This document shows positions 13,236 through 28,374 of a DNA stretch of 64,000 nucleotides, one piece after another (within the stretch, counting starts at the first letter, position 1; each line of letters starts with the position of its first letter). The DNA comes from the human T2T-CHM13v2.0 reference genome, Homo sapiens. The notes beneath the pieces were generated by a model, which did not search any database, was not told the origin of the DNA, and was given only the letters and a program-made list of their open reading frames with translations. The position numbers and the translations under genes are program-made. Location: NCBI RefSeq assembly GCF_009914755.1, contig NC_060930.1; one strand, written 5' to 3'.

Positions 13236-14499
13236 GGGAGTGTCCATGTACTCCATGTAAAACACTTTTTTTAAATGGCCATTTAAGACCGTAAACACAG
13301 AAAAGAGAAAAACAAAGACAACTTTCTCATTTACTTTCACACTTACAAAACAGTTCTCAAATGAACACACAGAGATTAGTGAATGCATTATGAAAGAATG
13401 AAGATGGTAAGACACTTGTTCTTATTCCCAGGACAGAACCGGTGAGAGATGTGTTCGCTTTTGTTCCCCACCGCCACCCCACAAAGACACATATCAGTGT
13501 TTACTTCCTTGAAATTGGCATTTTCAGGATTGGAATATCCCCACAATAAACTTCCAGATGCCTGCACATCTTTCAAATACGGCATCTTAAGGATGCCATA
13601 TTTGAACGGTATTCTTACCATTATCCTTCCCGCCTGCTTCCTAAAACACTTTCATAACCAGAGATAATAACATTCCTCGTCTACAAGGCAGCTGCATGCC
13701 AAAGACACAAGCAGCTGCACCTCCGCTCAGTCCACATTGCTGGGTTTTTATAACGAAAATGTGCACATTAGACTTTTTTATGGTTTTGCCTTCCTGGAGG
13801 CGGAGTAGCTCTGAGGTCCATCATTCACTGATATTAGAAGGCTGCCTGTGGTAACACAGAACCCAATGTAGCAGATAACAAAAGGCAAATATAATTTGAA
13901 TCAGAGAATGGCAGGACTGGAAGACTCAACAGAAAAAATCCCGTTGTCTTCCTGACTTTCGGTGATGATCTGAATTACCTCTGAATATCTGGAACGCCAT
14001 AGCAGCCTTTTCTTGGTGGTGGGATTATGCGTATTTCTTAGTTCTCTTATTTTTGTTTATCTGTATGTTATTTTTACTCAGTGAATATGTATCCCTCTTC
14101 AAGACAAATATATGTGTTCATTAAAAATAAAGGAGATTAGGTTAGTCATGATAGTTTTATGTTCATTTAAAGATGTGTCCTCCTAACAGCTTTTATAGAT
14201 TTAGGGTGGCTGGCTAGTTCTAAATAAAAACTGACATTGTTCCTTCTTAAACATGCGGTGAAAACTAGAGGTTCACCACTGTTGCCCAGGCCCCAGTTTC
14301 CATCCAGTTGAGTTAGGATGTTGCTCAGTTAAATCTCAGCTGACAGAGGACGTTACATAGCCAGCTGTGGCTGAGAGGATCCAGTGTTTCTAGAGCTGAT
14401 GCAGAACCCCAGTCACTGGGGGGAATGACGGGAAGCTTCTCAGTCCTCACAAGCTCCCCTACCATCCACTAGGACCCTCTGCTCTGCTGTTTGCCAGAG

Positions 14500-14690
14500 C
14501 AGTAGCTCTCAGGGACTCCACACCAGCACCATCAGCAACATCTATGAATTTGTTAGAAACTCAAATTATGATACTCCACCCTAGACAGACTGGGTGAGAA
14601 GCGCTGGGGTGGGGCCCTGTGATCTATATTTAACAAGCTCTTCTGGGGAATTGGATCTGGTTTAGCGACACAGCCACCATGCTGTGCTGG
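14500..14690. mobile_element. MER5A fossil
   Basis: CCAGCACCATCAGCA...TTGTTAGAAA...GGGGTGGGGCCC...TTTAACAAGCTC. Confidence 0.65.
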
Positions 14691-15738
14691 GCCCATCTTA
14701 CCGACTCCTCTCCTGAATCCCCCCAGAGCTCCTCTAAGCACCACTGTGTCTCCAGTTCCTGGTCAAATAGAATACAGAGGAGACTGGGTTAATTTGATGC
14801 TCACAGCAACCTTGTATCTGATGCTCTTTTCATATTATTGCTGTTGGAGTAATATTCTATTGCCAGATGTCAGTGCTGATAAAGAATTCAGAAATGAGGA
14901 GGAACTAGAGGCATTTTCTGGGCCTCTGCTGTTTCTCTTTATTTCCAACATGCCACTGGCATGAAATATAGCTGGCTGCATTGAAAGTAGCAGTGCTTTT
15001 TTCCCCCTAAATGTATAGAAATCTGTTTTCCTTATGCGTGGGTGGCAATTTGCTGCTGGTAGCTTCAAAACCATGGCTGCACTATGAACAAAAAAAATGC
15101 TCTTACCGTCTCAGCCCTGTTAACCTCTTTCTCCCAAACAAACAAATAAACCTAAACGCTATGTCTAAGCCCATCTGTCAACAGGCATTTACTGAGTACC
15201 TATTGTGTTTAAGGGATTTTATGTGCAAGGTGTCTCAAGAGGGGGGGAAAAGAAACAAAGGCTATGTACTTAAGATATTTTCACTGAGGTTGGGCAGACA
15301 AGGCTTGAGAACAATTATCAGGAAATCTATTAGACCAACAATGGTGAAACAAAACAGTGCCAAGTGGACGCTGGAAGGCAGCGGCAATGCAGTGGGGGCA
15401 GCGTGGGAGGTGAAGTGGCCCCCAAGGTGGCATGGCCAGAGCAGAATGTGATGAGAGACCAGGCGGCTGGGAAGAGGCCTTCAGCTTAGAAACAATAAGC
15501 AACAGGGAACCACTTGGAGTTCTTGAGCGAGGGAAAGACAAGATGAGCCTGGTAACCATAATTAGAGAAGCATCACACTGAAGTGTGGGCTGGTTATCGG
15601 AGGGTAACACGGGCATGTGTTCTAATTGCTGTGTGCAGAGCATGTCATGTAGGCTGGGCTGGCCAACACCCAGCTGTCAGAGGTCTTATGTTCTACTAGG
15701 GACAGATGTGAAACAACCATGGCAAGAAACACACAGGA

Positions 15739-16017
15739 TGTGTTAGTCCATTTGTGGTCCTGTAACAGGCTAACTGAGATGGATAATTTATAAAGAACAG
15801 ACATTTCTTTCTTACAGTTCTAGACTGGGAAGTCCAACATCGAGAGGAGGCCATCCAGTGCGGGCCTTCTTGCTGTACCAGCCCATGATGGAATGCGGAC
15901 GGGCAAGAGGACTGAGAATGGCATGAATCCCCCTTCACCTCCCAAAGGTCCCACCCACCTCCCAACACTGGTGCATTTCCACACTTGAACTTTGAGGAGC
16001 ACATTCAAACCATAGCA
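15739..16017 (-). mobile_element. MST-type MaLR solo LTR (internally shortened)
   Basis: TGTGTTAGTCCATTTG...ACATTCAAACCATAGCA; perfect TSD CAGGA. Confidence 0.85.
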
Positions 16018-17989
16018 CAGGATAACTTTACACCATAATAAGTGCTGTGAAGACACTAGAACACCATGAGAGAGTCAAAGGGTGGGGGTCCTGCTTCAAG
16101 ACACATCTGTGTTCTGACATCGCACCAAGGGCTGGTCTGTCTACGAGACTGTGGGGAGCAGGAATATGAGGAGGAAGAAGCAGATTGCGGAGATGGTGGG
16201 GCGGTAGAGGGAAATGTCTTCCGGTGTTCCTAATTCGTGAATACTTTGATTCTTATTCATATCTTCTGGTCAGCAAATCAATATTAGTATTTGTATCAAT
16301 CATAACATCTCACATTTGAATTATACTTTGTAGTAGCCATGATAACTCTGTGAAGTAGACACAGAAACTCTTTACACAAGACCTTCTAAGAGAGGAAGGG
16401 GGTGCCTGTGTGTCACGCCCGCGAGGGGTGGGACTTGGATCCTGCCTGAGAGTTTTGGCCCAGGCCCGCTTCCATCCCGCTGTGCTCATGCAGGCAGCTT
16501 TCCCCTTCCATGGTGAGTGGAGCCTGCTCAGGTCCTCAGTGTCATTGTGCATGAGAGTGAAGAGGATGCCCAGAGGGAAAAGCGCTCAGCTGTGTGTGTT
16601 TCCAGCAAAACAGACGCATGGCAGAACGTGGGGAGAAACACATCGACCAGAGCTAGCTACTACGTATCACTAAAATTGAGCCGTTTTATAAATATTTTAT
16701 ATTCATACAATGTGCCTTGCGATGGTTGGAAGATACATTTTTCAAGATGGTCTTTTTTCACTGCCCTTAGTTGAGCCTATTAATAATTAAGGTAACTTTC
16801 TTAAATGAGAAAACGGATTTGAAAGCCAGGCAAAGTGTTGTGTACTGGGAAGAGAGGTTTCACACATTCTCAAGGAGCGTCCATAGCAATCACCAAGAGG
16901 CACCTCAAACCCTGGCATCCAGGGTGCAACTGCAGGAAGACTGAGATGGGCACTAAACATCATTCGCCTAATAATTCCCATATGACTCAGTTTCCCTACT
17001 GAGACTGATCCAGTGTGGAGGACATGGGTGCTACTTCTTTATATCCCACACTAGAGAGTGCATGTAGAAGGTAATTGACAAATATTCTTTGGAGGCATGA
17101 ATGATGGTGCCTTGGGAACCAAGGAAACTAGTCAATGAAAAAAATAAATGAGTCCACCCAATTTCAGGGGGCTAGAGATGTGCTGGGCAAAGGTGTGGCC
17201 TTCTCAGGGTCATTCTCATTCCCTAGGGTGGGCACCCCGAGAGAAACAGCCCAGTGGCCTCGGGACTATCCCTAGCAGGCACCTGCCAGTAAGGCTGCAC
17301 CCATAATAGACAAACCCTCTGATGGCCTGATACCTGTTGTAAACAGGTTATTAGATATTGTAAATATCACTCTTTCTGGAAATGATGGGTGCAACTGGCT
17401 TTTAAATCTTCCTCCCGTTCAGTGACTCAAGAGGTCTTCTATCCTTCAAGTGTGTTATCCTGCAGAAAAAAAATTTAAGAATAACTGCTCCAGAACATCT
17501 TCTGAGTCTCATGATTAGAGGGCCAGTGAAGGGGCTTTAGCGGCATCTCACAATTATAGATAATCTCATGGAGCAGGCTAATTACATTCCAATCCCTTCA
17601 CTCATAACTAAGACTGTTATCAATAAGCCTGACATTATTGCTGATTACAAAGACTTTCTTATTTGCTCGCTGTTTAATTACTCAGCTTTTAAATGTTCCT
17701 TGAAGAAAAACTAGAAAATGGAGATAAACAAAATAAGAAAGGGGAAAAAAATCACCCCTCATCGCCTAGCGAAGGGTACGGATTGCCAACATTCTCGAGT
17801 CTCTCCTTCCAGAGATTTCCCTGTTGTGCTGACAGTCTTCATTAATGGAGTTTTTTTTTTTTAAGTATTTTTAAGTATTTCTCAAGAGTTGCAGGAGAAA
17901 TAAAGAAAGTAAAGAGAGAAGAGAGGAAGGAAAAAGGAGAAGAGAGGGCAAGCAAAGTTTCAGAAGACTACCTTGCCAGGCATCTAGTG

Positions 17990-18100
17990 TAGGGTGGGCA
18001 AATGTTTTCTGTGAAGGACCAGCTAACCAACATTACAGGCTTTGTGGGGCTTGCAGTCTCTATAGCAACTACCCAACAACACCTTTGTACCACAAAAGCT
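17990..18100. mobile_element. MER58A fragment
   Basis: GGGCAAATGTTTTCTGTGAAGGACCAG...AGGCTTTGTGGG...GTCTCTATAGCAACTAC. Confidence 0.7.
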
Positions 18101-18313
18101 TTCTTGTCTGCAACACTGCTTTCAGATATGTGACTAGGGCTATCATGTGTGATTATGGACATCATGATATAATTTAAGTCATCTCTGTGTGCACATTTAA
18201 AAATCAGGAATAAAATGAATTGAATATAATACTATTTAGCCTGTATCTTTCATAGGGTGTCCCTCTTATATAAGTCTTTTGTTCTCCTATCATGATAAGA
18301 GAAGCTCATGTAA

Positions 18314-18745
<432 letters not shown>

Positions 18746-21600
18746 TAAGGCTAAAGTATAAGAATAATCACAAGCCTGAAGTGCTGCCACCTGATAATTA
18801 TTAACCATACTAACAATAATAAAAAACATTATCAACAATTAAAAAGTTCAAAAGAGTAGCAGCAGTCATTAAGAGCTAATCACCCACCAGGTATGACGTG
18901 AAGGTCTTCATGTGCATTATCTCATAGCAGCCCTACCACAGGTAACTACTATCTCCCTACCTTATGCAGGAGGGTAACTCACAGCTGGTACCTGGAGAAA
19001 TCTGAACTTATGCATCCTGAATTGGGACTCAATGCTGTCAATCCTCCTGTGCCCCGACACTGCAGGGTCTGCTCTGGAAGCACATCTGGAGGCACCGCAA
19101 ACTCATCTGCCCCACATTTCAGAGGGCACTGATGGGCACAGGTGGGGGGGGGCAGGTGGGCAGAAGAAAGTCACCCCCTGCAGAGAGGAGGCCTGGCATT
19201 CATCTGAGAAGGGGCTCTCCATCCTACAGACAATGTGCAACTGTCTTCATCAATAATATTGAAGGTTTAAATGTACAGTTTCCTAACCAGGATGATTAAG
19301 AAAAATATCTGTCATCAATGAAAATGCACTTTGCTTTCAAAATAGAAAATTCTACAAGAAGTTAGTATATTCTCATAGGTACTTTTAAAACTATTTTTTT
19401 TTTTTTAACTATTTTTAAGTCCTGTATATTTCTTCATTCATCCTGCAAATAAAGATATCTTGACCTTACAAATTAGCAAATGTTGTTCTCAATCAGTTCT
19501 ACTCCAAAAGAGTAAAGAGAGATTAAGTGAACCTTATCATTTCAGAAGTATGCATTACTTCCCGTTCATAATGCAGACAGACTGTTTTTAATTAAAGCTT
19601 TTGGACTTAGGCTGGATTTTCTAGAGGAATATCATGGAAAAACTTTCCCAATGGTTGGTAATCACATTTGATATGAATAAGATGAAGGTGCGACATAACA
19701 TCCGATCCATGGGCAGAGGTCCCTCAAGTTTATAAAGTTTGTCGTTTGGGAAAGATAAATTGTTATTGTTGTTATTTTTAACTAAACAGAAAAGTCAAAT
19801 TAAAATGTGATTTTGATCCAACTGTGTATGTATAAAATGTATAAAAGTATAAAATAAAGCTGTCCCTTGAAATATGACCAACTGATTTGTAAAAGTCAAT
19901 TTCATTAGAATATGCAGAATAGAGAGAACATTTGAGCATTTTTATTTCAAAATTCACTTTGCTAGTGCATTTAGGACCGATGTGAGGGTGGGATACATAG
20001 TTTCTCTAGCAGGGCAGCATCCCTGCCTTGCCCATGGCTTTCCTCGTGCCTGCATCTGCTCAAGGGCCAGCCCTCCTGACTAAAAACGGAGATGCCAGAT
20101 CTACATAGAGGACACTAGAGCTTTAAGGCTAAGTAGTGATTATTTACTTCTTGATAAAATAATAAAAAGTAATAAAAAATAAAATTTAAAAAGGCTTCTA
20201 AGGCCAGTTGTTTATGCAGTCCCATCACACCAGAAAACATAAATGGATTTTATGGACGCACCTGTTCAGGGCCCTCTTTGGTGGGCTCTGGGTCCCCCCC
20301 GTGCTGGGGCTGCGTGGATGGCCCGTCAGCCACGCCACCCACCGTGATCTGCTGCCTTCAGAGGGCTGCTGCCTCCCTGGGTCATGGTGTCACCCCTACT
20401 CGGTGAACAGAAAAAAGTTCAAACACTTAAAAATCACTGCTCCCAAACACAGTTCTGCTTGGGTAAGTGGCAGATTCCATGTGAATCTCAGTTTTTACAG
20501 ATTAAGTGGAACTGTTTGACCCCAGCTTTCAGGTCCGGATAAAATGAGAAGTTTTTGAAAAGGGGATTAGAAAAAGACCTTAGAAGCACTTGGTTTGGAA
20601 GCTAATTTTTTCCACTCAGACTCACAGGGAGGGAATCCATTGAAAGCACCAATTACTCCTTCTTTCATAGTCTGGGAAACTGGCCTCTAAATCTCCGCCT
20701 TTACTGGTAAGTCAGGCTCAGCAACCCTCCTTAGGCTTGAGTTAAACACCTTAACACCTGCCTCTGCTCCCAACATGCACACAAACCACAACCAAACCAA
20801 AAAACTATTTTCTGAGTATATAGAAAATTCGGGGGGAAAAGCAGGAAAGCACAAATCCCCATAATGCCCCCAGCATACAAATATCATAATATTTTTGTGT
20901 GCATTGATTTTTACGTAACTGGATTCATAATGTATACATTATTTTACAATATCATTGTACTTAGTATATTTCATATTAGTAAATACTTATCTACAAGAAG
21001 GGTTTTGGTAGCACAGAGTTCTCCTCCTAACACTGTATTATAATTTAGTTAGCTCAGCACCTGTTGTTGAACTCTGACTTGTTTCCACTTTGTCACAGCT
21101 ATAAGCAACGCTCTACAGAACAATGAACATAACCCTGGCTACATATCTGGTAATTTTCTTAGGATAAATTTCTAACAGTCTATTTTCTGGTCCAAACGTG
21201 TAAACATTTTCAATATTTTGATATATCAGCAAATTTCTGCCCCACGAAGTTGATCCAATTTATACTCCTGTCAGTATTTTTTGTGATTCCATGAATCCAG
21301 GGCAAAATGGAACATTGAATGCATTTAAAAATATTTTATAATGAGATAAAAATGGTGTTTTATTCTTCTTTTAATTTGACATTAATTTGTCTATGCCTCT
21401 TATTTAAGGAATTGTTTGGTCTTGCATTTTTACAATTTTTCTTTAAAAATTCTCTAAGAAGTTTTTCTTTTTGAGGTCATTGGGTTTTCTCTCCTGACTT
21501 TAACCTTTAAAGATTTCCCTCTACTTTTAGCTCTTGAAACATCTCCCTTAGACCTTTAAGTTCTCCCATTCTCCTAAAAAGAGTCCTCATTTAGGAGTTA

Positions 21601-21945
<345 letters not shown>

Positions 21946-23424
21946 TCACTGTTTATTACAAATCCTCATGTCTTTTAAAGTTCATGGTAATATGTTTATG
22001 TTTTAACCCAAAGTCTCTGTTCCTCTCCTATTCCCACCACTACTTAGAGCAAGGATCTTTGCATTGGAAAGCATTGGTGTGGGAGGGGAAACCTACAGTT
22101 TCTGCTGGGGTCCCCATCTTGCATATTTTGGCTTTCTGGCTCCTGTTGTTGGCGGCTGGGAGAAATGACCTATGCAGGGTCCATGGGCAGCCCTAGAGGT
22201 TGAAGTTCAAACTCAGGGATGAAAGAAAGAAAGACAGACACTTTCTTTCACGACTGTAGACATGATCAATGGCCTGCACAAAAATGAGTCTATCACTTTA
22301 CACCCAGGGCCACTAGTCACCTTGGAAACTGAATCACACACTCTCTGAAAAAAGAAAGTGGAGCCACAGATCTGGGCACAGTCCTCCCCATGCTCTGAGA
22401 ATCCACGCAGGCTGCCTTTGCCGCTCCCTTCTTTCTCCTCTCATGGGTGTTTCCTGTGGATGCTTCCCTCAAGCTGGTTCAGCAGACCTGTTCTGCCCTC
22501 ACGGCCTCAACAGGGAAGACAGAGAACAGTAGGGGGCTCGGTCTTCAAGACACCTGTCTCCACCACCCTCTCCACTGCGCACTCACCTACAGCTCCTTCC
22601 ACTGTGAGTGCGTGGAAGCAGCTCCTTCCATTGTGAGTGTGTTTTAGAAAATGTGGGAAGGTAGATGTTTCAGCAACATTTCTCCATTCAGTGATGCTGG
22701 GGGAAGTAGAGCTTCTTGCCTGGTGAGTCTGCAATGTCTAGATTTAAGGGTCCCCATCTACTGTCCCTGAAAGGACGGGCACATGGAATAAGAGTCCTTA
22801 TCTGCCAAGTCCTAGTAATGCTACTGCAGAGGGGAACGGCTGAAGAGCTAATAGCTCCCTTTCATGTTAAATGATTCAAAGTGATCGTGAATAGCATATT
22901 TTGATACAAGGATATTGCAACTTTCTAAATTTGAAAGGATATACATGTGCTAATGCAGAAAAGCTTATGTATGGACATACTACAAGTGACAGTCATATTC
23001 TGCATTTGTAAAAGAGACCTGGTTGAAAAATATGGTAAGCGTTCATACTTTCAGGAATTGCTTCTCTCTCAGGGATGGTGCCTCTGATGATAGTGTGAAT
23101 TGGAAAGCTGAAAAATTATACTCTCAGTACTGCTGGTTACATTTGCAATTTCTGCTCAAATTTTGATTTGTCCAAAGCCTGATACATTTTATCTAGCCAT
23201 CTAATATCATTTAGTTTCTGGATGCTGAGGCTGTAATAATTTTCATAGCCTCTGTACTAAAATGCTACATTTTGTTTTTCTTTGTATTTTATCATGCAGG
23301 GTGAAAAATATGAACACATTTTTATAATTCTGGGACCAGTTATATACCCGGAGGTCTGGCAATTACTAGAATTCCCCACCAATTATTAGAATGATAATAT
23401 CAATAACTAAAGTTTAATTGTGGG

Positions 23425-23834
23425 TGATATAATTTGGATATATGTCCCTAACCAAATCTCATGTTGAATTGTAATCCCCAATGCTGGAGATGGGGCCTGG
23501 TAGGAGGTGTTTGGGTCATAGGGGTGAAACCCTCATGGCTTGGTGCTGTCTTCACAAATAGTGAGTGAGTTCTCATAAGATCTGGTTATTTCAAAGTGTG
23601 TGGCACCTCCCCTTCGCCCCACTGTCTTGCTCTTGCTCTCCCATGTGAGATACCACTTTTGCTTTTCCTCCTGCCATGAGTCAAAGTTCCTTGAGGCCTC
23701 CGTAGGAGCCTAGCAGACGCTGGCGCCATGCTTCCTGTACAACCTGCAGAACCATGAGCCAATGAAACCTCTTTCCTTTATAAATGACCCAGCCTCAGGT
23801 ATTTCTTTATAGTAATGCAGGACGGCCTAACACG
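23425..23834 (+). mobile_element. MSTB-like MaLR solo LTR
   Basis: TGATATAATTTGGATAT...CCAAATCTCATGTTGAATTG...GGACGGCCTAACAC; TSD GTGGG/GTGGA. Confidence 0.9.
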
Positions 23835-26800
23835 GTGGATAAATGTTCAAATGATTAAAAATTTTGTTTAATGCAAACATTTAAATAATTCAACAAACCA
23901 GGTCTCTGGAATTATAAAGACAATGGGTAGGGTAACCTCAGACCAGTTCACTAGATCATAAATTGATTGAAGGCAGTAGACTCAGGACAAATAAAAGTAA
24001 GAACTACATTACTTGGTGCCTGATGAAGTGGGGAATCATTTATCTTCAAAGATAGTACCACCTAAATATTTCATTAGATTCCAGAAGGGTTCATGGATGA
24101 TAGATGCAGAAGTGATTTGCTAAAGGCACAGGCAGGGAAGAGCCTGAATCTTTTAAGGTACAAATTTCAAAGACAGCACAGGTATTCACAAAGCATCCCT
24201 TCTAGTCACTGGCTAACCGCATGGCTCACCCTACCCATTTCCGCAGTTTGTGGCAGTCATTATTGCCAACACTAAAAAGAGCCTGCTGGGTTTTGGAGGT
24301 ACCTGGAGCCCTGAGCCCCAAAGTCTCAGGAAGATCAATTAACTTTAATACTTAGCTTCCTCATCCACAAAATAAAGAAAATTCTTTGTTTGCAGGGTTG
24401 AAATGAGCATTAAATGAGATGATTTTGGCAAAGATCCCAGTACCATGCCTGGCACATGCTGTGATTCTCAGGGACCAGTCCCTCTTCTCCCATCCTCGGT
24501 CATTGCTCTTGAGTTTTTGATCTTCCATATACTGTCAGAGCAGGAGGTTAACTACAGCAGCTCTGAGTTTTGTCCCTTCAAATGAAATATGTCCCACATT
24601 TATTTCAGCACATTCAATGACCATTATACCAGGAGAAGGCAGTGTCGTATGCAGCTGGAAATGAGGGCACTGACTTCACTTCACAAATCAAAAGGCATAA
24701 AGTTAGTCTGAGGCTCTCGTCAATGTGCACCTTGTAAATCTGCGGCCCTGCTATGAGACACTCATTCCTGCAGAGAGGGACTGAAATAAAATTTAGTTCA
24801 CTTTCTGTAGTAGAAATGACAGTTTTTCTATGTAAAAATAGCATTCCAGTGGATTCAAAGATGTGTCATATCATTCAATGTGTTTCTGGAAACTCTGTTA
24901 CTGTTAAGAATTCTGAGGACCACTTGCTGTAGTAAAAATGGCATTTATTCTATGTAAACAGAGTAAATCTATAACAAGACAGATCATTCAGTTGTTGCAC
25001 GTGGAAAAAAAATCTGCCAAAGTAACCTATGTCGTGAAAGCACTTAATGTGTTATCCGGCACATGGCAGGTGCTTAGTAAGTGTGGGTTTCCCTTTCATT
25101 TCCTTTTCCTAAGGAGTGATCCATGGAGTCATCTTGATCTTGAATCCAAGAATGTCCCTCTAGGACCATCATTTGAATACAGTTGGTAAGAAGAAAAATA
25201 AATTCATCATTTATGAGTAATTGATTTGCTAAATGATCCTCTACTTAGTAGATTTACATAAGTGACATTTACAAAATGAAAATATGCCAAAACTGAAAAA
25301 CCATGACATACAAATTTGATGAGAGAGGCAAAAACAAAGATAATGATAATAAACATGGAAGAAAAAAAGAGATAGATGCCTGATAGGTCAGATAGAGAGA
25401 TGCCCTAGAGGACCCTATAGGCCCTCCCAATCAGGAATCACAACTCATTTTCTGAAACTATGAAAATAAAATCTAGGCTTGTATTCTTTCAATTTAAGGA
25501 AGTTCTTCTTGTTCTAGATCTTTGTTTGGCTCTTCCAAAATAGTGATACTGGCCAGTCACATCTGAAAGTAGGCTGCTTCTGTCCTGGATGTTGTCACTA
25601 GGTCAGAAACAGGGGAAAGACCCTGACTTCTCGGTTCCCCTCTTCCCCTGCCTGTAGTGTCTGGACGAGGCGGATCTTTTCATTCACAAGGATCTTGTCA
25701 TGGATCCTAAGAGAACAGGAGACACACACAGGAGAAACCAAGGGTGGCGATGGGCTCCATAACTCCCAGGGAGCTGCTGGCTAGCTGTCGTTTCTTCACA
25801 ATGGGAGTCCTATTTTCTTGTCCTGGACAAAGGCAGTGGGGAGGAACAATCTCACACCTCTCAGCCGTCCAACCAACCCCTGCAGGGCAAATGCATTAGT
25901 TCCCGCTGTTATCCTGAGGACTGTTTCTCTGCAGAGGGACAGAAGAGGGAGTGCTCAGAGCACACAGTGAGCCGGGTCCCCAACCTTCCTCCTCTCCTGC
26001 AACTCACAGTGCAACTCAGTGATGGATCCTTCCCATAAATAACAGGGCCTAATGTGCTCATGAGAGGGGATTGCTTTTAGATAACAAGGATGTAATGGAA
26101 GCAGCCTCAAATGAAGAAACTTGCAAATGATTAATTATGGATCAATAAAAGATGATCCAATTGATTGTAGAGAAAGTCTGCAGCATGACTTCCTGGATTC
26201 GCTCAATGTATGGTCTTTTTAAAATGCTTGCTGTGATCATCCTGTGTTGATGGATCTACTTCACAGGGAGGGACAGTCTAAGTCCCCCTTTAAGCCTTCT
26301 GTGTCTGCCTTTAGCAACTTAACACACAGGCATCAGAACACAGGACATTGCATTAGCTGTTATTCCTACCAGACTTCATGATGTCAATAAAGGAGGCCAG
26401 TAAAGGCTGTCACTATGCAACTTACAAAAAGGTTTTGCTTTTTTGTTCTGTTTCAGTAAGACTGGCTTATTTATTGCCGTGTATTCCTACTTACTTTTCT
26501 CTGAATAACAAGATTAATTTAATGAAAAGAAAACCCAATTCCATACCCCAGAAAATGATCCTGAACATATCATCTTATTAAAAACAGATTTTAAAAATTA
26601 ATAAATTAATTGAGAACTGGGGCCTCTGGTATTCCAGTGGAAGATGCCCGTCATCACCCATTTTCGCTTCACTGATGGGAATTTCCAAGAGCGAAAGGTT
26701 TGTCTCATCATTTCAGTGTAAAAATTAGCGCTTTGACAATACTTTGCATGGGCTAAAAGATGCTGGGAAAGTTTTTGACAATTTGAAAAGATGTCTATCT

Positions 26801-28374
26801 GTTTAAAGTTCTCTCAGTTCTCAGCAGGTGGAGCTAGGAGAATGATTGTTTTTCTCCTACCAAAATGTGAGAAAAAAAAAAACATTCCACACCTATAGAA
26901 ATTTTAATCACAGAAAATGAGTGATTCTCAAAATGAAACCAATAATAGTGTCTTCTTTAGCTAGCAAATCTTGCCTCTCTATTTTGCTTTTAATTTTCAA
27001 GAACAACCAGTCACATTAGCCTACACTGCCCTCCAAAACCCCGTGTGAGGGATCCCACCAGACTCGCACTGCACCTGCCAAGGTTGAGAGGAAGAGGGGC
27101 TTGTCACCGCCCCCCACCTGATTGAAAGTAGAATATATAGCAGGAGAACCAGGCTGCACACGTACTGTACAAATTTGGGGGGAAAATATTGTTTTACACA
27201 ATCACATAATAGATGCTCATGGTTAAAAACAAACACAGGAAAAAAAGGAGAGGCTTTCTTCAAGTGTGTATTTATTTATCTTCTGATGGAATATTCTTTT
27301 TGGGCTTTTGAACCCAGCAATGCCCTCAGGAGCGAGGGGTGAGGGGCATTTTGCTCCCCATGATGATGGCATGTAGGCTCCTGGGGCACAAGGCAAAACC
27401 ACCGTATGAGTTCCCAGCTCCACTATTCTTCAAAACATAAACAGGCCAAACCAGGCAGGAGCCTAATAGCAGGAACATATTTTGTATTATAAAAATACAC
27501 AGTAGCATATACTTAACAAATCTTCTTACGCAGTGACCCCTCTCCTGCAGGAAAAGTAATCATGGCATTCTAGAGTTTGCCTGCATTCAACCAACATAAA
27601 ATCAAACTCAAATGTGCCTAGATGTACATCTAAAGCCTCTGAAATAATTCTAACAGTTGAAAAAGATGAATGAGATAAACAGAAGGAATTAACATACAAC
27701 AATTATTCTTCCTTTGTTCAACTCTTCCCATGAAGTATAATTTCTTTTACTATTGTAATTCTCAAATTCAGCTTAGGCAGCTGAGAATGTGTATCACTGC
27801 TCTTTAATGAAGAAGGTTTAATATTATTCACATTGACTATTATACTCTCCTATATGCTTAGACACTTCAACTCTAATAACACCACTAGGTAACACTAAAA
27901 GGACACCAAGCTTTACATAAAACCCAAGGTCAAAAATAATTAAGGGGAAAAAAGTCAACTTTTTAAGAAATTCTTTGGATGGAATTCTTAAAAATTAAAA
28001 ATGACAGTTTTTTTTTGCGCATGTGTGTAAAGTAACAGTTAAGTCAACTCTATTTTTAAGTGAAGATATTATTACATTTGATTATTATAGGTTGGAAAAA
28101 TGTCTTCAGGTAGAGGAATAATCAATTCAAAAAATGTCTTCCAACTTTACATTTGTAGACCATTTTACAGTTCAAGGCAATTTCTCATTCCTTATTTCAC
28201 TTAAGCCAGTTAAAAAACCCAGTTTTACCTGACTCATTGAGATGTCTGACTCAGATGTGATGTGTGTCAAAAGGAGTCTGTGATTACTGAGGGAGCACTA
28301 AAATTGGCAAATTAAAAATATATAGTTCAAGAATATGTTCAAGATGAAACTTGTGAGGACTTCATTCTAAGGCT

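Noticed and set aside
22590-22642. Two-copy ~29-bp tandem duplication (CAGCTCCTTCCAYTGTGAGTGYGT)
   Set aside because: Ordinary slippage duplication with no further structure.
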